This document shows, piece after piece, positions 55,786 to 64,000 of a stretch of DNA of 64,000 bases. Both the position numbers and the translations under genes were made by a program. The notes beneath the pieces were generated by a model that was given only the letters and a program-made list of their open reading frames with translations, did not search any database and was not told where the DNA came from. The stretch is from Naegleria gruberi. Lineage: Eukaryota. How positions within the stretch are numbered: position 1 is the first letter of the stretch; each line of letters opens with the position of its first letter. The stretch lies in NCBI GenBank assembly GCA_000004985.1, contig GG738853.1. One strand, written 5' to 3'.

Positions 55786-58700
55786 ATGACATCCACTCTC
55801 TCTTATAACAAGGAACAATTGCTCAATTACTATAGAGCATCATGCCCTGAGATTCAAGAACCTCCAGAAAATTTAAAACAATTCCCACTTATTTTGTCTA
55901 CAAAATTACTTCAACCTGTAAATGAAACAAATCTTCACCTTTTCGATTCGGATTATGTAAGTTATAATTGTTGTTTGTTTATTAATTTAATATCATTTTG
56001 TTCAACATATTGTTATTTCAAAATAATACAACATTCGTCATGATGAATTTTTCTACAATAATTTCTTATTAATATCAACATATGATGATATGCTATAATG
56101 TATTACTAACAATAACACAAAAACACAAAACAACTTATCAATAATATAATAATACTAATTAACAATAATAGAATATTAATCCAGAATCCACTTTCCCTAC
56201 ACTTTCTACAAGAGGCAGAGGTCGTGGAGGAAGAGGAGGAAGTAGAAGAGGTGGTGGATTATCCTCAAGTGGCAGAGGTTCTTCAATTAGTCCCCTCGTA
56301 ACATCATCATTGGGCGGAAGTCCAAGTGGAACATCAAGCTTGTTTGGATCAAGTCCAACCTCTCTTGGAAGAGCTGGTACTCCAATAGGTTCAGGTCCAA
56401 GGGCTATTGCAAGATCACCACTTTCTCTTGGAGGTTCTAGACTTCCTGCTTGGGCCATGGATGAAGATCTGACACAAACAGACTCTTCACTCACTGGTTT
56501 AAACAATAATAGTAATTCACTTCTTTCAAACAATAGTTTCTTTGGAAATTCAACATCTAATTCATCTTTGGATGATGATACTTTTGGTCCTGGGGCTTTA
56601 CAACCACAATCATCTCATACATATCAACCAATGGTTTCACTTGAAAGTTTAGCTGCTGCTACAATGAAAATGAATGAACATTGGAAGACTCAAATGGGTA
56701 AGAAACCTCTTGATGACTTTGATGATTCTCTTGAGCCACAAGGATTAAATGATAATGACGGTGCTATTGAAGCTATTGATTGGGATTCTCAATGGTACTA
56801 TCTTTCCGAAGATAATGAGCCAAAAGGTCCTTATAATTTGCAAAAATTGAAGGAATGGATGGATTTATTCTATCTCCAATCTGAAACTAGAATCAAACAA
56901 GATATTGAATCTCATGCAACAACTACATTGGGAGAAGTTTTGAACAGTTTAACTCAACAAAACAATTCTCACATGAATCATGGAATGGGTAACAATATTT
57001 TGGCTTCTCAACATTTGCTATCCAACAATGGTATGAAGGGCAATATGCATTCCAATGACTTTTTCATGAATGATAAGCCAAGCATTCCAACTGGAAGTAT
57101 TTTGGGCTCTCCTTTCATGTCTCAATCTCTTGTAAAGTCTCCTATTCAAGGATCTTTGCTTTCCTCGTTGGATAAGCCACAACAACCAACACCAATTACT
57201 CCAACAAGTCAACAATTTTCTCATCCTTGGGGATTTGGACAACAACCAATGGAACAAATGGTTCATCCAGGATATCCATTTGTTAATCCAAACATGCCAA
57301 ATCATTTCATGCCACCATTCCATCAAGGACCAGGTCACTGGGGTAACATGCCAAACTTGGCTATGAATTTGGGTGCCTCCAATAATAGTAATAGCATTCC
57401 AAGCGTTACTGATATTGAAAATGAATTACTCTATGTTCAACCAAGTATTCCACAACATCCTACTCATCAAGAAGTTTTCCAACATTACACTCCTATTCAA
57501 CCTATTAGTAATGTTCAAGAACAAATGGTTGTTGAAGAGCAAGAACCTATTGATGAAGAAGAAGATATTGACACTGAACAAGTAGTCGAAACACCAGTTG
57601 AAGAAGAAACTCAAATTCCACAAAAGGAAGAAACTATTGCTCAAGAAACTCCAAAGGTTGATGACAAGACCTCAAAGAAGGAAAAGAACAAAAAGAAGGG
57701 AGCTGAAGCTAAACCAGCTAACACACCAAGCAAGAAGAAGCAAGAATTGCCACCTGTCAAGGAAGAACCAGTTTTCAAATCTGTTCCACCAACTGAAACT
57801 GTTAGTTTTGCTGATCCAAAGAAGGAAGAAGTTAAAGGATGGGGAGTCCAACCAGCTGTTACTACTGCTCCTGTTCAAACTTTGAAGCAAATTATGGAAC
57901 AACAAAAGAAGGAAGCCCTCAAGCAAAGTAAGGAAACTCAACAAAAGAAGAAGGAAGCTGCTGAACAAGTTATCAAAGTTAATACAGCCAATCCATGGGG
58001 AGTTGCCAATGCTAATGTTGTTGCTCCATCTCTTAAGGAAATTCAAGAAGAAGAAGCAAAGAAGAAGAAACAAAAGGCTCAAAAGCAACAACAATCTCAA
58101 AATCAAGCTTCTGTTGTTAAGAATGCTAGTTCAACTTGGGGAGGAAGTGCTCTTCAATTTAAGGCAATCCCTGAAAAGGACGTTCCATCTACCTCATCTT
58201 CATCTACCCATTTTGGAGCTGTTACTCCAACTAAGACTGTTGAAACCAAGTCATTCCAATTCCAAGCTATTAAGCCTCAAACTATTCCAGCTTCTACCTC
58301 TTCTACTTCTCCAAAGGAAGAAGAGGAAGACCAAGAAGAAGGTGTCTTCTGGGATTACAGCCCAACTCCAGCCAATGCTGCTACTAATCCAGTAATTACT
58401 ACTGCCTCTGAAAAGAAGAATAGCAAGAAGGATAAAAAGAAGAAGGCAACCAATGAAAAGCCAACTACAACCACTAGTCAAACAACCACCAGCGTCAATA
58501 CTCCAAGCAATACTGCTGTTGAAGAAGATTTCCCATCCATTTCTGCAAAGAATAATCCATTTGGCCAAGCAGATGTTTCTCAAGAATTCAAGGACTGGTT
58601 CAAGAAGGGTTTGAAGAAATTGAACAAGTCTGTTGATCCATCATTCATGTACTTCTTGTTGTCCCTCAACTCTGAAAAGGAAACTATTGACTACATGTCA

Positions 58701-58805
58701 GAATATATTGGTAATTCCTCAGCTGCTCAAAAGTTTGCTCAAGAATTCATTGCCAACAAGTCATTCGAAAATCCAAATCAAGGAGCTAATAAGAAGAAGA
58801 AATAA
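55786..58805 (+). CDS. GYF-domain protein of the GIGYF type. Exons are 55786..55956 and 56172..58805. It carries an N-terminal 4EHP-binding-like motif, an RGG box, a GYF domain and a K/E/Q-rich C-terminal half.
   Basis: Exon 1 'MTSTLSYNKEQLLNYY...' contains a YxxxxLL motif (the canonical 4EHP-binding site is YXYX4LΦ). A GTAAGT donor at 55957 joins it through a 215-nt intron, with acceptor AATAG at 56171, in frame to 'NINPESTFPTLSTRGRGRGGRGGSRRGGG...' (RGG). The GYF domain is 'IDWDSQWYYLSEDNEPKGPYNLQKLKEWMDLFYLQSETRIKQD'. Confidence 0.65.
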
Positions 58806-58810
58806 ATTTA

Positions 58811-59680
58811 TTAATCACTGTCGTGCTCAACGATTTGCATTCTTGACATTCTGCTCTTGGCTCTTTTATCTGTGACTGCTTCTTGAGGTTCTTTGGATTT
58901 GGATTTTGGTTTAGAGTTCTTTTCGGAATTGGTTTTGTTTGATGAGATTTCAACTTTTTGTTCGAATTCAATTTCCTTAGTATCTAAATCATATTCCGAA
59001 AGTTTCTTGTACACATCAATTTCCATAACAGGGGCTGTTTTCTTTATAGTTGGTTGTGGACTTTTGACAAAGTCTCCAACCTTTGCCCATTCCTGTTCCA
59101 ATTCCTCAATATTCTTTGGTTTATCACTCCTAGCTTCATTGTTACTGCTATGAATGTTCCAAAAGTCCACATCTGTAGAAAAGAATTGTTTTTCAAATTC
59201 CGAAGGTGGTGGAAGTCCTGAAGAGAAGATATTTTCATCGTCACTATCCTGATCTTCTATTGAGGGAAGAATTCTATTAACTTCCTTATGCATTTGTTTG
59301 TATTTCGACCTGAGATTTTCAGCTTGTTTTCTCTTTGTTTCCTCATAATTATTTGGTGAGGTTGGTTTTGTTTTACCACCGATATAATTCCATTTCCCCC
59401 AGTCTAAGGCAGCGTACCTTGCCCTGCAAATATCGGGTGTAAAAATTTGAGGTTCTATATTCACTAACTCCTTTTCATAAACTGACTTGAGAAATACAAT
59501 AAATTTCTGAAAAGAGCCAGCAACTCTCACAAAATCAAAATCATGAACCTCGACCAATCGCATCAATTGCTCATTCATTTCTACAATACACTCTCTTGTT
59601 TGATTTACATAGGGTTTCTCCGAGTTACTTAGATGATTTGTTTCCTCTTGATGATGAAGACGTTCCTTAGCAAGTACCAT
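58811..59680 (-). CDS. Hypothetical protein (289 aa) with an acidic/serine-rich C-terminal half
   Basis: It is a single ORF, convergent with the GYF gene with a 5-nt gap between stop codons. No family was recognised. Confidence 0.35.
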   Translation of the reverse strand: MVLAKERLHHQEETNHLSNSEKPYVNQTRECIVEMNEQLMRLVEVHDFDFVRVAGSFQKFIVFLKSVYEKELVNIEPQIFTPDICRARYAALDWGKWNYIGGKTKPTSPNNYEETKRKQAENLRSKYKQMHKEVNRILPSIEDQDSDDENIFSSGLPPPSEFEKQFFSTDVDFWNIHSSNNEARSDKPKNIEELEQEWAKVGDFVKSPQPTIKKTAPVMEIDVYKKLSEYDLDTKEIEFEQKVEISSNKTNSEKNSKPKSKSKEPQEAVTDKRAKSRMSRMQIVEHDSD

Positions 59681-59917
59681 TTTTCTTGTTTTTTCTGATT
59701 TTTATTTCGTACTACAACAAGGGAGCGTGTTGTATGAAGCCTCATTGCAAGGAAAGTTGTAAAAAAAAATGGCGCGATCTTATTTAGTAGCCCACACAAA
59801 AACAATCAAAAGATAATCACGCAACAAGCTGGCTCTCTTAATTGATTAATAAGGAGAAGGTTTACAGTTGTTTTCTTTTTTGGTCAATGTCGTTACAAAC
59901 TGAGGAAAAGATTAATC

Positions 59918-62900
59918 TTACTTCATATCCTTCAGCTCGACATATTTAAATAATGCAGTATTGGGTAGAAGTGTATCTTTCTTCTCACTAATGTCTTGCA
60001 TTTGTCTCTTGATGAGTAGGAGGCAATTAAGAATGGTTTCAAAGGTTGGACGTACTCGATAATCATCTGCCCAACAAGATTTCATTAATTCCAAATATTC
60101 ACTCACCAACAGTCCAATGCTATCTTTCTGAGTGGGATAGGTTTTGAATTCTGGCATGAATTCTTCAAGCCATTCCATCTTTTCCTCCTCACTGAATGGA
60201 ATTAGCGGTCTTTCACCTTGCATGACACGAGCTAGGACTGTGAATGGAGTTTTTGGATCTGCATTCAAGGAATTTCTCTTTTGATTAGAGTGGAATTTGT
60301 GGAGCTTGTAGGACTTTCCGTTCATGTATGGGTTGTCCTCAAAGAACATTTCCCACATTATAATACTGAAACTGAAAACATCCTTTTGAGATTTGTAAAT
60401 ATTATAATTGAGTAATAATGTACTTACAACTGCCGTAGTGATCATATTGTTATCATTATTTCCGTCATCTGATTTCATAACTTCTGGAGCTATATAGAAT
60501 AATGTGCCTACGCATGTTGTGGTTGTGTGGCAAGTATTGGACATGATCTTACTCAATCCAAAATCACACACTTTACAAATTCCTTTAGAATCAATTAAAA
60601 TATTAGCAGGTTTCAAATCTCTGAGAATAGAAAGAGTGAATATCAAGTAATCTAAGCTCACTTACCTGTGAATAATTTTCAAACTATGCAGATATACCAT
60701 TCCACAAGTGATATCGATGAGAGTATTCAATTTTTGAATGAAGGAAATTTGAGTAGGATTTTCTGTTCTTCTCATTTCATTAATTAGCTTTTCTAAACTT
60801 CCCTTCTCCAAATATTCGACAACCAAATATTGTTTGTGGAGACTAATAGAAATACCATAGAATAGTACAATATTAGGATGTCTAAGTTTACATAATAGAG
60901 CCGCTTCCTTTTCAATCTCATCAGAATCCATACTTCCAGACGAAGTAGTGTCAATTCTCAAGCATTTAACTGCGACAGCATTATGGTGCCATTTACCTAA
61001 ATAGACAACTCCTGATCCTCCTTCTCCAATTTTTTTCTCCAAAAATATTTGATCTATACTAATGACAAAACTGTTCTTCTTATCATGGCTGTGCTGATGA
61101 CCTGGTTCATTGAGAGAAATATACTCATTCTCCAATAGTCTCTTCTCAATGTCCTTCTCAGCCTTATCTCGTTGCACCCAATACAGAACCTTCCTTCCTG
61201 CCTTTACACAGACACAAATGACTAGAGACAATATAAGGAGTGATAAAGCAAATACTACAATAGTCACGCACACAGCTACAATGATTATATAATCAGTAGG
61301 TGTATTCTCTTTACAAATGTAGGAAGATGAGTGTGACAGATAGTTAGCTTGGTTAATACTGAATCCATTTGGGCAGGGGATTACGTTGATGGTCAACTCG
61401 GTACTAGTTCTTAAAAAAGTGAGCTTGGCTCTAATTTTAGTCGGTACGAATGTGGAATTTGAAGCAGTAACAAACATGTTGTTGAAATCTGCGCTAGTTG
61501 AGAGTGAAAAGCTCTCAGGGTTAGTTGTAGTGACAAAACTTTCCTTGCATGTAAAAAACTGATTGCCTACAAAGTCGGTAAAGGTTGGAGTAAATGAAAA
61601 CGCTTGACCTGGATATAAAGTCATTTCAGTTTGCTTGGCATCTCTTGATATTGGTCCCCAGTCAACTGATTTAATTGGTGTGGAAATGTCATTACCATGA
61701 CTAGTAGCAGAGTTTCCTGTAATTGTATTGGTTTTAGTGTCGAGCTCCAAGTCATTTAGCGAGAAGAAAATTCCACCACCAGAATAGACAGCCTTATTGT
61801 TGATAACTGTGTTATTGACAAACTTGGCAGCTGGGTCTGGGGTGAAGATTCTCAGTGATATTGCCCCACCAGAAACAGCAGAATTCCTTTCAAATCTATT
61901 AGAAACCAATTCAATTTCAGATCCAGTATTGCTTGAATCAAAGTAAATAGCACCACCATATCCTTTGCATATTTCTCTATTGCAATTCACAATATCTTTT
62001 GATACCACTGAGTTCTCTATGAATGTTGTGGTGACAATTGACATGGTATCATGTGACAGAGCAGCTCCTCCAGAATACAGAGCCCTATTACCAATGAAAA
62101 GGCAATCTTCCAAATGAAGTCCATATCGAGAGTAGATAGCTCCCCCTATTGTTGCATAATTGTCTTTGAATTGACACATTGAAAACAATACTGGTGTGTA
62201 GCTGATATAAATGGCACCACCACCCACATTGCTTGCTCTATTTCTAATAAAGGAGCACCCAGTAAAATATGAAAGAGATCCATATGTATACTCCTCATTG
62301 GTAAATGAAATAGCTCCATATGAACCACTGTTATTGATAAAGGAAACATTGTTCATTAGGACAGAGGAAACTTGATTCAATCTGAGAGAGCTAAAGTCTG
62401 CTACATTATTCTCAAACACAGAGTCTACCACAGCGAGACTTCTAATATTTCTAAGTTGGACATTATTTCCAGCAATACCTGCAATCCCATTAGAAACAAT
62501 CATTTCATAAATTGCGGCCATGGCTGTCTGCTCAATTCTTAATGATGATTTTCCAATGTATCTATCAAAAGTCATTGCAAAAATGACAGCAACTTTACAA
62601 TATGAAACTCTCAGAATTGGAAGATTTTCGCGTGGGGATTCTACCAATTCAATGCTAGCTTTATATGCTGCAAATTCATCCACATCCTGAAATAATAAAT
62701 ATCCTCCAACTCTCAGTACTGACTCATAAAGCCATACTGACGTAATGGACGAGAATACATCATTCTTTTGAATTGGTAAACTCGAATTACTAATAATTAA
62801 GGTTTTAAAATTTTTAAATACCAAATGATTCAACACTTCCACTTGTACATTGTGAAAAAAGGCACTTGTGACAACACCTGTTGGATCCCCTAATATTAAT

Positions 62901-63778
62901 CCGAGATGACCTTTAGAATTTACATTAATCAACGCAACAGACTCATAAATACTATTCAGTGTAGTATTGTTCAATACAGCATCCCTGATCACAACACAAC
63001 CCAAAACAAATGTATTATAAAGAGATATGCCATTAAAAATCATGTAAACTTTCGGATTGGGAGTATAATGCAATAAATATGCATTATTACAATTAACAAT
63101 CTTATTTTCTCCATGAATTTGGTAAATGATCGTGTAATCTAATGAATACATTTTCATAAGAAAGTTCAATTCAACTATTCCAGTACAAGATGCACTCGGC
63201 ACATCAGTTGCCAACAAGATATCAATCACAACAAGTGCAATTGGAATTTTTGTGTTATTGGCCTCATTATAAATATCCAATAATTTTGTTGTTAAATCTG
63301 TAATTATTTGTTTTCCAATTTTTGTAAAAGTATTACATCCAATCACACAATCCATATATTCCGAATCTGGAGTATCGGCAACATAGACATAACTTAATTT
63401 CTGATAGGCACATCTACCCTTCTGTACAAAATAACAATCTGTAATCCTCCTCTCTGTAAAGGTATCCACCTCATATTTGACATAATTTATACCTGCTTTC
63501 ATGTATCGTGGAGTAAGATATAGAGTTTGATGATCTAGTTTTTCGGTGGGTGAAAAAACTGGATTATTATTGTTTGTAGAGGCTACATTAATTATAGTAT
63601 TAGTAGTGTTACTACTAATCGGAGTGATGAAATTATTTACAAATACTAGTATTACTAGAATGATGGTAAAAAGTTTCGAATAATAAATACATGGTTTCGA
63701 ATAATTTATAAAAGGAATGATGATGGTGTGAGGGAATTTATTCCATGCATCAATGTTAATGAGATTTAAATTTCGCAT
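59918..63778 (-). CDS. Receptor-type TKL protein kinase. It has a signal/anchor, about 800 aa of right-handed parallel beta-helix (PbH1 / pectin-lyase-like) ectodomain, a single TM and a cytoplasmic kinase. Exons are 63778..60666 and 60620..59918.
   Basis: The ectodomain has repeated 'N.x.N.AxxGGAI' beta-helix rungs ('NRFERNSAVSGGAISL', 'NNKAVYSGGGIFF', 'GNRALYSGGAALS'). The TM is 'IIIVAVCVTIVVFALSLLILSLVICVCV'. The kinase has 'IGEGGSGVVYLGKW...AVK' and 'IIHR|DLKPANILI...DFGLSK...APE'. A 45-nt intron (GTAAGT...TCTCAG) splits the HRD motif in phase. Confidence 0.75.
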
Positions 63779-64000
63779 TGTTGTGTGATCAATTGCTCTC
63801 CATTGGTCAGTTGATAGATGATTAGGAAGGTTGAGTGATTTTTTTAATAATTAAATTTTAATGGAAGTTCGTGGGATTACAATAATGATTTTCGAAATCC
63901 CGCTTTGGAAGATGACTGATTATTTTCTTGATTTAACAACTTGCTATTTCATCATTTATTTCATGAAATTTTTTCATTGTAACACTCACATTCATCAAGA

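Noticed and set aside
56159-56533. A 124-aa minus-strand ORF rich in P/L/E
   Set aside because: It is the antisense shadow of the RGG/serine-rich exon 2 of the GYF gene, whose plus-strand frame is continuous with a homology-supported protein.
1-64000. Prokaryotic operon or defence-island interpretation
   Set aside because: Canonical GT-AG introns, poly-Q/N low complexity, Pol III 5S units with T-run terminators, and eukaryote-specific genes (adaptin, SF3A1, proteasome RPN2, calcineurin B) make a bacterial origin untenable. Nor did I find any integrase, transposase or toxin-antitoxin signatures.

Overview
This window is eukaryotic nuclear DNA, about 30-33% GC, with spliceosomal introns. It is not prokaryotic and contains no operons or CRISPR arrays. 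Codon usage, poly-Q/N tracts, GTAAGT...(T/A)AG mini-introns, and a 5S rRNA that closely resembles Dictyostelium 5S (shared '...GGTTGGAGACAAC...' 3' domain) point to a dictyostelid-like amoebozoan chromosome. It is very gene dense, with about 38 protein-coding genes on both strands and many convergent pairs whose stop codons lie 5-8 nt apart. Most long ORFs in the six-frame track are exons of multi-exon genes that I reassembled by hand, with boundaries checked for reading phase.

Protein-coding genes I could recognise include:
- a DENND6 homologue (5'-truncated by the window)
- penicillin-amidase-family Ntn hydrolase with an extra N-terminal multi-TM exon
- Yae1/LTO1-like GX3-repeat protein
- AP-1 gamma-adaptin
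- IST1
- ADP-ribosylarginine hydrolase (ARH1-like)
- dihydropyrimidine dehydrogenase (4 exons)
- BTB-TLDc protein and a second TLDc protein
- cytochrome P450
- FKBP-TPR immunophilin
- RCC1-repeat protein
- several F-box/LRR proteins, one containing a 72-bp coding tandem repeat
- NAA35/MAK10
- prolyl-tRNA synthetase
- SF3A1/Prp21
- PAS plus polyQ/N protein
- PB1-domain protein
- calcineurin B
- proteasome RPN2/PSMD1
- GIGYF-like GYF protein carrying a 4EHP-binding motif and an RGG box
- a receptor-type TKL kinase with a beta-helix ectodomain

Two dispersed 5S rRNA genes lie about 29 kb apart in opposite orientation, each followed by a T-run terminator.

The most interesting observations are as follows. 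A penicillin-amidase gene fused in frame to a eukaryotic multi-TM exon is a horizontal gene transfer (HGT) candidate. Mini-introns of 39-54 nt whose length is a multiple of three always carry an in-frame stop. One locus (15134-16752) is a chain of ORFs offset by +1/-1 frameshifts at homopolymers, so it is either a pseudogene or a sequencing artefact. The two 5S copies differ by compensatory substitutions in helix I. Finally, there is the beta-helix receptor kinase.
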